DNA from: Microcoleus sp.
Lineage (GTDB): Bacteria; Cyanobacteriota; Cyanobacteriia; Cyanobacteriales; Microcoleaceae
Length of the DNA: 64,000 nt
Direction: 5' to 3'
Assembly: GCA_052279835.1 (NCBI GenBank)
Contig: CP181291.1
Coordinates: 3,904,001 to 3,968,000, forward strand
In this document: one piece after another, positions 20,795 to 31,829 of the stretch
How the letters are laid out: each line of letters begins with the position of its first letter
Numbering within the stretch: the stretch's first letter is position 1
Notes under the pieces: model-generated
Told to the model about the DNA's origin: nothing
Seen by the model: the letters and a program-made list of their open reading frames with translations, nothing else
Databases searched by the model: none
Made by a program: the position numbers and the translations under genes

Positions 20795-22801
20795 GTGGAG
20801 AAGGGAACCTTAGTAGAATTTAGACTGCACGGCGACCGCCGTCTAGCCGTTGCCGATCGCCCAGACGGCAAAAAAAACTGGGTGGTGGTAGACGAAAACG
20901 GTCAACCGCACAGCATACCGCCGAAACAAATCACCTACGAAATTGCCGGAGAAACCTACAAACCCTCGGACATCCCAAAATTTCATCAAGAAGTAGAAGT
21001 TTACTCAGATCCATCCAGTCTCGAAGTAGCTTGGGAACTGCTAGTAGGGGACGGAGAAGCAGCGGACCCGGAATCCTTAGCCATGCTACTATTTTCCGAA
21101 AAAACCCCAGCTCAGTGTTACGCAGCTTACTCTTTGTTGTCCACAGATAAATTGTATTTTAAGCAAAAGGGCGATCGCTACGAACCGCGTTCCGCAGCCC
21201 AAGTAGCAGAAATCAAACACCAGCAAGAAGTAGAACAGCAACGACATCAAGAAGCCCAAGGATTTTGGGATCGAGTCAAGCAGCGACTGGTCGGGGAAAA
21301 TGTAGACTGGGCAAATAGCGATCGCCATCGCCTCGATGCCCTAGAACGATTTGCCACCCTGGGAGAAGAAGCAACACACCGCACCCCAGCCCTAGAAACA
21401 TTAGCCAGCCTAGAACGTCCCGAAACACCGGAAGCAGCCTTTCAACTATTAGTAGATCTCGGCCTGTGGAGTCACCACGAAAACCTGTTTTTGCGGCGTA
21501 GCCAAATTCCCCTACAGTTACCTGCCAAGGTTTTAGAAGAAGCTCAACGCTGCCTAGAAAATCTCCCAAGCGATTCCGACACCAGTCGTCTCGATTTAAC
21601 TCACCTCAAGGTTTACACCATCGACGATGAAAGCACTACAGAAATAGACGACGGACTCAGCTTAGAATTCCTGGAAAACGGCCAGCAGCGCCTGTGGATA
21701 CACATCGCCGATCCCACCCGCTTACTCTCCCCCGGAGACGAACTCGACCTCGAAGCCAGGAAGCGCACCACCACAGTTTACCTGCCCACGGGGATGATAC
21801 CCATGTTTCCCCCAGAGTTGGCAACCGGGCCAATGAGCTTAATTCAAGGTAAAGAGTGCAGCGCTCTCAGCTTCAGCGTCACCTTAGATGAAACTGGTGC
21901 AGCCCAAGATTACAGCATTCACATCAGCACGGTGAAACCTACCTACCGCTTAACCTACGATGAGGTAGACGAGATGCTGGAGTTGGGAATCCCAGCAGAA
22001 CCGGAAATAGCTGCACTAGCAGAAGCGGCCAAACTGCGGCAAAAATGGCGGGAAACCCAAGGTGCAATCAGCATTTTCATGCCCGAATCGGTCATCAAAG
22101 TCAAAGGCGAGGACATCAACATTTATGTCATCGATGACTCCACCGCCCGATTGCTAGTAGCTGAAATGATGATCCTCGCCGGCGAAGTGGCCGCCCGCTA
22201 CGGTCAAACTCACGGCCTAGCCATACCCTATCGCCATCAGCCCCAGCCAGAACTCCCACCAGAGGAAGAACTTTTAGCTGTGCCGGCAGGCCCCGCCCGT
22301 GCTTGTGCTGTGCGCCGCTGTATGCCCCGCAGCGAAATGAATCTCACCCCTGGAAGACACTCTAGTTTGGGTTTGGAAGCATACACTCAAGTTACTTCTC
22401 CCATCCGTCGTTATACCGATTTACTGACTCATTTCCAAATTAAAGCTCATCTGCGGGGCGAACCCCAGCCTTTTTCTGCTGAAGAAATGCAGGACATTGT
22501 GATGTGTCTGGGTACAGCAGTCAGAGAAGCTTCTAGTGTTGAACGCCAAACCAATCGCTATTGGGGATTGGAATATTTGCGACGCAACCCAGATCAAGTC
22601 TGGGAAGCTTTAATGTTGCGCTGGCTGAGGGAAGATAGCAATCTCGGATTGATTTTGTTGGAAGAGTTGGGTTTAGAATTAGCTATGCGCTTTGGTCGAT
22701 CGGTCGAAATAGGCGATCGATTTGAAGTTAAAGTCACTCATTGCGATCCGCGATCGGATGTAATTCAATTCCAAGAAGTAATTCTCCAAGCAGCGCCCTA
22801 G
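20795..22801 (+). CDS. RNB-domain exoribonuclease (RNase II/R family)
   Basis: TIDDESTTEIDDGLS, HIADP and TSPIRRYTDL motifs; GTG start. Confidence 0.94.
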   Translation: MEKGTLVEFRLHGDRRLAVADRPDGKKNWVVVDENGQPHSIPPKQITYEIAGETYKPSDIPKFHQEVEVYSDPSSLEVAWELLVGDGEAADPESLAMLLFSEKTPAQCYAAYSLLSTDKLYFKQKGDRYEPRSAAQVAEIKHQQEVEQQRHQEAQGFWDRVKQRLVGENVDWANSDRHRLDALERFATLGEEATHRTPALETLASLERPETPEAAFQLLVDLGLWSHHENLFLRRSQIPLQLPAKVLEEAQRCLENLPSDSDTSRLDLTHLKVYTIDDESTTEIDDGLSLEFLENGQQRLWIHIADPTRLLSPGDELDLEARKRTTTVYLPTGMIPMFPPELATGPMSLIQGKECSALSFSVTLDETGAAQDYSIHISTVKPTYRLTYDEVDEMLELGIPAEPEIAALAEAAKLRQKWRETQGAISIFMPESVIKVKGEDINIYVIDDSTARLLVAEMMILAGEVAARYGQTHGLAIPYRHQPQPELPPEEELLAVPAGPARACAVRRCMPRSEMNLTPGRHSSLGLEAYTQVTSPIRRYTDLLTHFQIKAHLRGEPQPFSAEEMQDIVMCLGTAVREASSVERQTNRYWGLEYLRRNPDQVWEALMLRWLREDSNLGLILLEELGLELAMRFGRSVEIGDRFEVKVTHCDPRSDVIQFQEVILQAAP

Positions 22802-22983
22802 GATGTGGAGTTTGGGATTTGGGCGGCGTTAAACAGTAGAAATTTCCATCGGATGAAGGGACGACTATACCGTAAAAAACCTGTTTTCTTTGGTTCTTCT
22901 GCGTAAGTCCTGATAGAGTAGGAAATTAGTAAAAATTGCTACTGCTGACAGCAGCCGAGAAATCTCCCATCTCCAATCCCCAA

Positions 22984-24423
22984 ATGCCTAATTCAATTAG
23001 CCAAGTTCAGCCACCCCTGGAATTCATCCCCCCAGCGTACAACCCCCTAATCGTCCAAGGCTGCCAACAAATACTCCCCTGGTGGCTGCGATTTAGGACA
23101 AATATTAGCGACATTCAAGCGGAAAATGTCGAAACCCTCGCCGAACTATTTCACCAATTTCAAAATCAGAAAGTTCGCTTCTTACTAGCCTTCCGCCACC
23201 CCAACTCAGACGATCCCTACTGTTTGGGACAACTGGTGTGGAAACTCGTACCCCAAGTGGCGCGCCAACAAGGGATTCCCCTGAAATTTCCCGTACATTC
23301 CCACTTTATCTACGATCGCGGAATTCCCCTGTGGGCTGGTGCGGGTGTCGGTTGGCTATACTCTCGGCTCGGTGGAACTCCCATCGTTCGCGGTAAAATC
23401 GATCGAGTTGGATTGCGATCGGCCCGCGATTTATTTGCTAACAGCCAATTTCCCATCGCCGCCGCTCCCGAAGGCGCCACCAACGGTCACAATGAAATAG
23501 TTAGCCCCCTCGAACCCGGTATTGCTCAAATGGGATTCTGGTGCGTTGAAGATTTACGAAAAGCCGGACGCCCGGAAAAAGTCGTAATCGTACCTCTTGG
23601 TATTCAATACCGCTATGTCCAACCACCTTGGGAACAACTAGAAAAACTTTTAACTCAATTAGAAACAGATTGCGGATTAGCAGCATTAGATAGTAACTAT
23701 TTTGCCAATTTAGAGACGAATCATCCCAATTCTGAAATTCACCATCACAAATTTCAATATTTACGACTCATTCGATTGGGAAGTTATTTGTTGTCAGTAA
23801 TGGAACAGTTTTATCGGAGGTTTTATCATCAGGAATTGCCCCTACATCCAGAGAAGCAAGTGTCAGAGTTAATGAGGGAAATTAGCAACAATAATTTAGA
23901 TAGTGAAGTGATAACTTCTAGATTAAAAGCACTTTTAGATGTAGCTTTACAAGTGGCTGAACAGTATTTTAACTTGAAGCCCAAAGGCAGTTTAATCGAC
24001 AGATGCCGCCGATTGGAACAAGCAGGATGGGACTATATTTATCGAGAAGATATCAAAGATATTGCAGCACTTTGTCCCTTAGAAAGAGGATTAGCCGATC
24101 GCCTAGCCGAAGAAGCCAGTCTCCGAATGTGGCACATGAGACTCGTAGAAAGCTTCGTATCCGTTACGGGCAAATACGTACAAGAACAACTGACGGCAGA
24201 ACGCCTCGCCGAAACAACTTTACTACTGTCCGACGTACTGGCTCGCATCAAAGGGGGAAATCCTTTCGGGCGACCGCATTTGGGCAAACAGCAAGTAACA
24301 ATGACTGTGGGCGAACCGATATCCGTGGACGATCGCTCCGAGGGATATCAAACCAGTCGCAGAATAGCAGTGGCAGAACTCACTCAAGACTTACAAGCAG
24401 CTTTAGAAGGACTAATTAATTAG
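22984..24423 (+). CDS. Phospholipid/glycerol acyltransferase family protein
   Basis: HPNSDD (Hx4D) and APEG motifs. Confidence 0.8.
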   Translation: MPNSISQVQPPLEFIPPAYNPLIVQGCQQILPWWLRFRTNISDIQAENVETLAELFHQFQNQKVRFLLAFRHPNSDDPYCLGQLVWKLVPQVARQQGIPLKFPVHSHFIYDRGIPLWAGAGVGWLYSRLGGTPIVRGKIDRVGLRSARDLFANSQFPIAAAPEGATNGHNEIVSPLEPGIAQMGFWCVEDLRKAGRPEKVVIVPLGIQYRYVQPPWEQLEKLLTQLETDCGLAALDSNYFANLETNHPNSEIHHHKFQYLRLIRLGSYLLSVMEQFYRRFYHQELPLHPEKQVSELMREISNNNLDSEVITSRLKALLDVALQVAEQYFNLKPKGSLIDRCRRLEQAGWDYIYREDIKDIAALCPLERGLADRLAEEASLRMWHMRLVESFVSVTGKYVQEQLTAERLAETTLLLSDVLARIKGGNPFGRPHLGKQQVTMTVGEPISVDDRSEGYQTSRRIAVAELTQDLQAALEGLIN

Positions 24424-24719
24424 TCATTAGTCAGCAGTCAGTAGCGGTGCGGCTCAGCTTCGTTGAAGCGTCAGCAGTCAGTAGTCATTAGTCATTAAGC
24501 GATGCTATAAGGACGGGGTTGGCAACCCAATTTCCTGATAAACTTTGAAAAGAGGTCTGAGCCACCCCTAAAAAATTAACCCTTGATAAGTAAGTCCACC
24601 TAATTAAATGCAAGATCCAAATCGCTCAAAAGCTTACTGGCTTGCTATTCTTCACATCGATCTTCTTCCTTCTTCCCTCTTCCTTCTTCCTTCTACTTAA
24701 TAACCCAGAAAAATAAGCA

Positions 24720-25613
24720 ATGAGTAACAAACCTATCAATTTGTCTAGTAACTCAATAAAAATAAAACTGCTGAATTATTTAGCCCAAGAATTGCTGACT
24801 CCCCTCACTTCAGTTATTGGGATGGCCAGTGTCTTGAACCAAGAAATTTATGGCCCCCTGACAAGTAAGCAAAAAGAATATATCGATGTAATCCAAGATA
24901 GTAGTCGGTCTTTGCGATCGCTAGTTGAAGAAATTTTAGGACTCGCAGAATTGGATGACTCCAGTTTCACCGTCAAGCGAACCGCAGTAGATATAGAAAC
25001 TTTGTGCCAGCAGGTTGTCACTAACCTATCGCAGCCGGCATCTAAAAGAGAGCAAGAAATTAACCTGTCTATCAGTCCAGGGCCCCGTATTTGGCTGGCA
25101 GACAAAGAAAAAGTTCAGCAAATGCTCCACCACTTAATTTTTAGCGTGATTCAATCTGCTGGGGCAGGTAGCGTGATTCGAGTACACGTTGTTCGCAAAG
25201 ATGATGGCATCAATATGGGAGTTTGGGTGTTTCACCCTTGGTTGGGAGAAAGTTTGCCCCATGCTAAACTCTACTCCGACCACTTGTTAAAACTTGAATC
25301 GAGTCAAAGTTCTCTAGGGAACTCCCACAGCAAAGAATTGGGAATCGAATCTCAAAATTCGCCAGCAGTACAAGCTTCCCAGCCATTAAAGCTTTCTTTC
25401 TCTGAGTTGGCGACTTTGGTAGCTGAAAATGCCGCGGATACCACACCAGTGTTAGCTGGCTACGGGGATAGGGAGCGTTTGGGATTGCTGCTGTGCTGTC
25501 AGTTGGTGGAAATTCAAGGCGGTCAACTCTCAATTCAAGGAACGCCGGAATCTGGGTATCGCTATGTGCTTTCGCTTCCTTGCGTCAATGCTACTGATTT
25601 GTTGGAAAGGTAA
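24720..25613 (+). CDS. Histidine-kinase-like protein with degenerate H-box (Q for H)
   Basis: QELLTPLTSVIG HisKA-like segment; degenerate HATPase (LGLLLC...QGG). Confidence 0.75.
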   Translation: MSNKPINLSSNSIKIKLLNYLAQELLTPLTSVIGMASVLNQEIYGPLTSKQKEYIDVIQDSSRSLRSLVEEILGLAELDDSSFTVKRTAVDIETLCQQVVTNLSQPASKREQEINLSISPGPRIWLADKEKVQQMLHHLIFSVIQSAGAGSVIRVHVVRKDDGINMGVWVFHPWLGESLPHAKLYSDHLLKLESSQSSLGNSHSKELGIESQNSPAVQASQPLKLSFSELATLVAENAADTTPVLAGYGDRERLGLLLCCQLVEIQGGQLSIQGTPESGYRYVLSLPCVNATDLLER

Positions 25614-25730
25614 AGTTAGTTGTGATTAGTTATTTGTTATTTCTGGTTCTCATAACGAATAACTAATAACCAATCACCCATCACCAGGCATCCCCAATCA
25701 CCAATCACCACTTCCTAATTTTAAATTGAA

Positions 25731-27167
25731 ATGAATTCAGTTTGGCAAAAATTAACTCTAGCAAACTTCCCACTTTTACAATGGCAAAATGGAAGTTATT
25801 TATTGAATGTCGCCATTGGTAATGCGCGAAGTTGGCGGCAAAGTAGCTGGCTGATGCAATGGGCAGAACCACTGGGTTTTGTATTGCTGGCTTTGACGTT
25901 TGGTTTGGGCCCCTTTGTCAACAATGCCCTGGTGGGTGTGTTGATGGCTGCTGGCGCTGCCTTTTGGGTGCTGCTGACGGTTTCCGACGATCGCGCGATC
26001 GCCCTGACACCGATTCACCTGCTAGTATTCCTTTACTGGGGCATTGCTACCGTCGCCACCGCCATGTCCCCAGTGAAAGCAGCAGCTTTTACAGGCTGGA
26101 CGAAGCTAACGCTGTATTTGCTGTTTTTTGCATTGATGGCTAGGATATTGCGATCGCCCCGTTGGCGATCGTGGTTAATCGCCGTGTTTTTGAATGTCTC
26201 TCTCATCGTCAGTTTCTACGGCGTGCGACAGTGGATTGATAAAGTGCCACCCCTAGCTACTTGGAACGATCCCACTTCTAGTCAAGCAAATGTGACGCGG
26301 GTTTACAGTTTTTTAGGAAATCCCAACTTGCTTGGTTCCTATCTGCTACCGGCAATTGCATTGAGTGCAGCAGCACTTTTTGTGTGGAAAGGATGGGGAA
26401 CTAAAGCTTTGGCATTGACCATGTTAGTCGTGAATTGCGCCTGTTTGCGCTACACCGACAGCCGTGGGGCTTGGATCGGTTTTGTAGCTTTACTGGTGGT
26501 GTTTTTAATCCTGCTGTGGTATTGGTATAGTCCTTTAATGCCTCGGTTCTGGCGGACTTTAGCCCTGCCGTTGGGGTTAGGAGGTTTAGCTGTGGCGTTA
26601 ATTTTGGGAGTAGTTTTAGTACCATCCCTGCAAGAACGAGTGACGAGTATGTTTATCGGCCGCGGTGACAGCAGCAACAATTTTCGGATTAATGTTTGGA
26701 CTGCGGTGATTGACATGATTCGCGATCGACCAATTCTCGGCATTGGTCCCGGTAACACTGCTTTTAATAAAGTTTATCCACTGTATATGAAGCCGAAATA
26801 CACGGCTTTGAGTGCTTATTCCGTGCTTCTAGAAATAGGGGTAGAAACTGGTTTTATCGGTTTGACTTGTTTTCTGTGGCTGCTGACTGTCACCATCAAT
26901 CAAGGTTTGTTGCAGATCAAAAATCTGCGGGATGCACAATTTCAGCAGCTTAACTCCCAGGAAGAATCCCCAAGTCCGACATCTAATCAGGGGTTTTGGT
27001 TGATAGCGGCGATCGCCACTTTAGTCGGCATGATGGCCCACGGTTTTTTCGATACAGTTTGGTATCGACCAGAAGTCAATATGCTGTGGTGGTTGATGGT
27101 AGCGATTATTGCCAGTTTTTACAGAAATTCCCCGCAGCCAGATTCAGCCTTGACTAACGCAGAGTAG
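25731..27167 (+). CDS. ictB: IctB-family (O-antigen-ligase-like) membrane protein
   Basis: RVYSFLGNPNLL, SRGAW, DSSNNFRINVW and GIGPGN motifs. Confidence 0.92.
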   Translation: MNSVWQKLTLANFPLLQWQNGSYLLNVAIGNARSWRQSSWLMQWAEPLGFVLLALTFGLGPFVNNALVGVLMAAGAAFWVLLTVSDDRAIALTPIHLLVFLYWGIATVATAMSPVKAAAFTGWTKLTLYLLFFALMARILRSPRWRSWLIAVFLNVSLIVSFYGVRQWIDKVPPLATWNDPTSSQANVTRVYSFLGNPNLLGSYLLPAIALSAAALFVWKGWGTKALALTMLVVNCACLRYTDSRGAWIGFVALLVVFLILLWYWYSPLMPRFWRTLALPLGLGGLAVALILGVVLVPSLQERVTSMFIGRGDSSNNFRINVWTAVIDMIRDRPILGIGPGNTAFNKVYPLYMKPKYTALSAYSVLLEIGVETGFIGLTCFLWLLTVTINQGLLQIKNLRDAQFQQLNSQEESPSPTSNQGFWLIAAIATLVGMMAHGFFDTVWYRPEVNMLWWLMVAIIASFYRNSPQPDSALTNAE

Positions 27168-27243
27168 AAGTTTAGTAGACATCTCCCAAAAAGATATTCA
27201 AGAACAGGTATCCTGCCTGTTCCACAACAATTATGGGAGATGT

Positions 27244-27747
27244 CTATTGATCCACGGATGAATCGTTAGGCTTGTATCCCGGCTGTTTTCGGTCATCCAA
27301 ACCCGAATCCCTTAGCGAAACTACACTTCTTTGACTCGGTGACAATCGATCGCCCCCTCGACTCCTACCCCCAGACAGTGGCGATTTTCGAGTTAAAGTT
27401 TTCCAAGCAGCCTTAACCCCAGTCACCAGGCTACGAGTTGTAACTTGGACATTGTGCGCTTGCTTTTTGGCAGTACCAAGACTGCGATCGACTTGCTTGA
27501 CAACTTCCCCCGCACTTTGCACCCCTTCACTGACATCATCCGTCAATTCGCTAATTTCCAGCCCAGTTAACCTAATGGCATCCAAAGTCGGCGGAAATTC
27601 ACGACAAAGGGTATCAGCGAGCTTTTCCACGCTGTGCGCAGCCCGCGTCAAGGCTTGCACCGCAGGTATGAGAGTCACTAACACAGCCGTTAAACTGACT
27701 GCGACTAGCAAAATCGAAAGTCCTAACCAAAAGATGGGTTCGCGCAC
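27244..27747 (-). CDS. DUF948-like protein
   Basis: EPIFWLGLSILLVAVSL and EFPPTLDAIRLTGLEI; GTG start. Confidence 0.8.
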   Translation of the reverse strand: MREPIFWLGLSILLVAVSLTAVLVTLIPAVQALTRAAHSVEKLADTLCREFPPTLDAIRLTGLEISELTDDVSEGVQSAGEVVKQVDRSLGTAKKQAHNVQVTTRSLVTGVKAAWKTLTRKSPLSGGRSRGGDRLSPSQRSVVSLRDSGLDDRKQPGYKPNDSSVDQ

Positions 27748-27843
27748 TGAAATTTCGGATTGAGGGTTTGGGAATTTATATGTGGGTCTAATTTTACTTG
27801 ATTGTGGGATCAGTCCCAAAGGTAGTCCCGAACAGTTGTGGAA

Positions 27844-28182
27844 TTAGCGGTGCTCCGGCGACGGGGTAGTCGCTGTGGCTTCTGTTTCCGAGAGTGTTTG
27901 GCGTTCCCGTTGAGTCGCCTCCAAACCGGCGGCGATCGCCTCTTTAAGTCTAATCAAAGTTTCGTCCCAATGGAGCAGTGCCGATTCCGAAAGTCGATCG
28001 GCTTGCAATTGTACGCTAGTTGATAAATCTTCGGCCAACTCCGGCAAAGCATCCGCAGATTTTTTCAAAATCTGCCGCGTCTGCTTGCCCGTTCTCGGTG
28101 CCATCAGCAAGCCCGTCAGGGCCCCGATGGCTGAACCCACCAACAAGCCACCAATAAATAATCCTGAACGTTTATTTGACAT
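27844..28182 (-). CDS. YtxH-domain protein
   Basis: FIGGLLVGSAIG...APRTGKQTR. Confidence 0.88.
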   Translation of the reverse strand: MSNKRSGLFIGGLLVGSAIGALTGLLMAPRTGKQTRQILKKSADALPELAEDLSTSVQLQADRLSESALLHWDETLIRLKEAIAAGLEATQRERQTLSETEATATTPSPEHR

Positions 28183-28236
28183 TGCGATCGCGACCTCCAA
28201 AAGAATACTTTTACCCGCTATAAATATAATTTCTGA

Positions 28237-28542
28237 TTACCTTAATCGTCGATCCCGCCGCCGCCAAAGCATTCGCCCCAAACCTAGCAATCCCAAAAGT
28301 TGCTGAAGTTGTTGAAGTTGCCATTCCAGTTGTTGATAATTGCGCCGCAACTGGTGAGCACGTTGTTGCTTTCTTGCAAAGAAATTAGGTGATTTGCCAA
28401 GGACATTGGTGCTACAGCGCTCCAGGGCGGAGATTCTCGCTTCACAAAGTGCGATCGTCCGGCGCATTTGCCATATTTTCCAGGCTATATAAAAGCCGAC
28501 CAGAGATATGAATACATTGATGATTACCACAGCAGCCAGCAT
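28237..28542 (-). CDS. Conserved hypothetical protein (N-terminal TM, coiled coil)
   Basis: ATG ORF co-oriented with ytxH and the DUF948 gene. Confidence 0.7.
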   Translation of the reverse strand: MLAAVVIINVFISLVGFYIAWKIWQMRRTIALCEARISALERCSTNVLGKSPNFFARKQQRAHQLRRNYQQLEWQLQQLQQLLGLLGLGRMLWRRRDRRLR

Positions 28543-28678
28543 TTTTCACCTATTTTTAACTAGCCTCTTTACATTTTTTTGACAGACAAAATACCCGCCC
28601 CACAATAATTTTTTCTAGATTGTGGAACAGGCATCTTGCCTGTTGACAAAAATCAGCCTCAATCTCAGCTTAAATTTT

Positions 28679-29332
28679 TTAAACTTGAGACATTGCAGGC
28701 AAACACACTTTTGTACCGCCCAAACCGCAATAGCCGTTAGGGTTTTTAGCCAGATACTGCTGATGATAGCTTTCTGCGTAATAAAACTCAGGAGCGTCAA
28801 TAATCTCAGTAGTAATATTACCGTAACCTGCTGCCTTGAGAGCTTGCTGGTAAGCATCCCGCGATGCTTCGGCTAGCTGCTTTTGGGTAGCTGAATAAGT
28901 GTAAATTCCCGATCGATACTGAGTGCCAGAATCATTTCCCTGACGCATTCCTTGAGTCGGATTGTGACTTTCCCAAAAAACTTTGAGCAGCGTTTCGTAA
29001 CTAACTTTTTGGGGGTCGAACACAACCAGAACCACTTCATTGTGTCCCGTCATCCCGCTACAAACCTCGTTGTAAGTAGGATTTGGAGTAATCCCAGCCG
29101 CATAACCAACGGCGGTTGAAAAAACTCCATCTTGCTGCCAAAACTTGCGTTCGGCTCCCCAAAAACAGCCCAGACCAAACATAGCAGTTTCCATGCCGTT
29201 GGGAAAAGGAGGTTTGAGCGGATTGCCGTTAACAAAGTGAGTTGCCGGTACCGGCATCGACTCTGCCCGTCCCGGCAATGCGTCCTGGGGAGAGGGCAGG
29301 CTCGACTTTTTACCAAATCCAAATAGCACCAT
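28679..29332 (-). CDS. msrA: Peptide methionine sulfoxide reductase A
   Basis: GCFWG, QYRS and YHQQY motifs. Confidence 0.97.
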   Translation of the reverse strand: MVLFGFGKKSSLPSPQDALPGRAESMPVPATHFVNGNPLKPPFPNGMETAMFGLGCFWGAERKFWQQDGVFSTAVGYAAGITPNPTYNEVCSGMTGHNEVVLVVFDPQKVSYETLLKVFWESHNPTQGMRQGNDSGTQYRSGIYTYSATQKQLAEASRDAYQQALKAAGYGNITTEIIDAPEFYYAESYHQQYLAKNPNGYCGLGGTKVCLPAMSQV

Positions 29333-29465
29333 AGGTTTGTGAGGGGGATCTCTGATAAACATCTTTACCTTACTTAATCATATCAGATGTACAGTTAAAA
29401 TAGTGGCACTGTCGAAGTTAAAAGCGATCGCCTATAAGCTAACTTTAATTTTCGTTTTTTTAACA

Positions 29466-29548
29466 AGTGACATCTATCACTAAAAAAGCGGTAATAGATC
29501 CCATTAAGCCTGTGCGATATATCACCTAAAACTGTAAGATTTATCACA
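29466..29548. promoter_or_regulatory. Three CRP-like sites
   Basis: AGTGA-N6-TCACT (29466), TGTGC-N6-TCACC (29511) and TGTAA-N6-TCACA (29533), compared with consensus TGTGA-N6-TCACA. Confidence 0.5.
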
Positions 29549-29651
29549 TTTTTTTGACAGCTAAATCACAAGGATTTAATTCTAAATCTGCGATTATCAT
29601 AAATATCAAGTTATTTCTTGATTCAGGATCGGTTCTTAGGAGTGTATCAAA

Positions 29652-29789
29652 ATGCTTTTAACCTCAGCGACTAAACCATTGAAATCTAATCCCTTTATTA
29701 CTTACCGCGATCCCATGACAGGCAAGTGGGTAGTGGTGAATCAGAATTTACCGATAGCAGCGTCCAACTCCAACACAGTTGCAGCTTAA
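29652..29789 (+). CDS. Small protein, 45 aa (NPFITYRDPxTGKW motif)
   Basis: AGGAG RBS ending 9 nt upstream; MLLTSATKPLKSNPFITYRDPMTGKWVVVNQNLPIAASNSNTVAA. Confidence 0.6.
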   Translation: MLLTSATKPLKSNPFITYRDPMTGKWVVVNQNLPIAASNSNTVAA

Positions 29790-29971
29790 CTGGTAAAAAT
29801 AATTGTCAATCATCTAGAATAACGAAAAAATTGAAAATGAATACTAAATCTAGAACCCCAACTTATGCAAGGAGTTGGGGTTTTAGATGTTTTGCGACTA
29901 CTATAATAAGCATTAAAATATTTCTTCCCAGTTGGTAGTGAAGACTTTAGTCGGGAGCATCTCGATTTTGC

Positions 29972-30046
29972 ATAGGCGAAGCATGACCGCTGTAAATCTC
30001 TGGCGCGAGCTAATAAATTGTCTGCGGTCATGCTTCGCCCCTACGA
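29972..30046. repeat. REP-like inverted repeat element
   Basis: GGCGAAGCATGACCGC...GCGGTCATGCTTCGCCCCTAC; a related copy lies at ~55780-55850. Confidence 0.75.
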
Positions 30047-30098
30047 ATATATTTGCACTCATTGAGATGCACCCCTTTAGTGCTCACTACCAACCAAT

Positions 30099-31379
30099 TT
30101 ATAACACCTCTCGTCCCAAATAGGATTGGAGGACTTCCGGCACTTTTACAGTCCCGTCTGGCTGCTGATAATTCTCCAAAATTGCCGCCATTGTACGGCC
30201 CACAGCTAAACCCGAACCGTTGAGCGCGTGCACGAATTGAGTGCCTTTTTTGCCCGCTTCTTTAAACCGAATATTTGCTCGCCGTGCCTGAAAATCTGCG
30301 ACATTGGAACAACTGGAAATCTCCCGGTATTTGCCCGCAGAAGGCAGCCACACCTCTAAATCATAGGTTTTTGCCGCCGCGAAACCTAAATCGCCTGTAC
30401 ATAGTTCGATCGTCCGATAAGGCAATTTCAACGCCTGCAAAACTCCTTCGGCATCCTGCACTAACTTTTCGTGTTCCTCCGGGGATGTACTCGGATGCAC
30501 GAGTTTTATTAATTCAACTTTATTAAATTGGTGCAGTCGAATTAATCCCCGCGTATCTTTGCCATAACTTCCAGCTTCCCGCCGAAAACAAGGAGTGTAA
30601 GAACAGTGATGAATTGGCAACTGTTCTGCTGTCAAGATTTCACCTCGATACAGATTGACAACCGGAACTTCGGAAGTCGGAATTAGCCACAAATCGTCTT
30701 GGTCGCATTTAAAACTTTCTTCGGCAAATTTGGGTAATTGACCTGTTGCTGTGAGAGATTCAGTGTTGACTAAAAATGGGGGAATTACTTCTACATAACC
30801 AGCTTTTGTGTGCCTATCGAGCATGAATTGAATAATCGCTCTTTCTAGGGCTGCGCCTGCTCCAATTAAGCTGACAAAGCGAGGTTGAGAGATTTTGACA
30901 GCGCGTTCAAAGTTGAGTATTCCTAATTTTTCGCCGATTTCCCAGTGCGGCAAAATCCCCGTATTTTGGGGAATGTATTCGTCTCCCCAGCGCCGTATTT
31001 CGATGTTTTCATCTTCATTTTTGCCGATGGGGGTTGACGAACTGGGCAAGTTCGGCAACGGCAATAATAGAGCTTCTATTTGAGCTTTTAGGTCTTTTTC
31101 TTGTGCTTGCAGTTCGTTGGACTCTGTTCCCACTGCATTGCCTTCTGCTTGCAATGCTTGAATTTCGGGAGATTCGAGGGGTAAACCCGATTTTCTTTTT
31201 TGACCGATGAGTTTGGCAATTTCGTTGCTGCGGGCTTGAAGTTGCGATCGCTTCCCTTCCAACTCTCGCTGCTGCTTGTCTAGTTGCACAATGGGATCGA
31301 TTTCATAGTTGCCTCCGCGAGTGTTGAGGCTTTCTTGGACAGCTTGGGGATTTTCTCGGATTAATTTGAGGTCTAGCAC
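30099..31379 (-). CDS. serS: Seryl-tRNA synthetase
   Basis: [24 protein letters not shown] and [10 protein letters not shown] motifs. Confidence 0.98.
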   Translation of the reverse strand: MLDLKLIRENPQAVQESLNTRGGNYEIDPIVQLDKQQRELEGKRSQLQARSNEIAKLIGQKRKSGLPLESPEIQALQAEGNAVGTESNELQAQEKDLKAQIEALLLPLPNLPSSSTPIGKNEDENIEIRRWGDEYIPQNTGILPHWEIGEKLGILNFERAVKISQPRFVSLIGAGAALERAIIQFMLDRHTKAGYVEVIPPFLVNTESLTATGQLPKFAEESFKCDQDDLWLIPTSEVPVVNLYRGEILTAEQLPIHHCSYTPCFRREAGSYGKDTRGLIRLHQFNKVELIKLVHPSTSPEEHEKLVQDAEGVLQALKLPYRTIELCTGDLGFAAAKTYDLEVWLPSAGKYREISSCSNVADFQARRANIRFKEAGKKGTQFVHALNGSGLAVGRTMAAILENYQQPDGTVKVPEVLQSYLGREVL

Positions 31380-31829
31380 AGATTTATTCTAAATCTTCAA
31401 TTCTAAATTAGCAACAACAGAACTAGGGGAAATACAACTTCTGTTAATCATTTCTCCCGTTTACTATAACTTATTCTCATTGATTTTTGGTTGGTGGTGT
31501 CACCCATGAGGGGTTATACCCCACAAATAGTGCTATACTGGCAGCATATTAGTAGATGCACCCTGATATTTTTCTACCCCAGCCAGCAATGGCGGGGTTT
31601 TTTGTGTCTGCGGACAGTTGACAGTTGATATCAATTCCGGTTGTATCGTCAGGTGATTTAACCGCGAAGGCGCGTTCCCCGCAGGGGTTCCCGTAGGGTA
31701 GTACGCGAAGCAAGAGAGGAGAGAGTTTAATACAAAACGATGAAGAGAGGATTTTATATGACTCTTCGACGAAGCTGAACTCGCCTGCTGGCACAGCAGT
31801 TGACATTTTTCCACTGATAATAATAAAAG

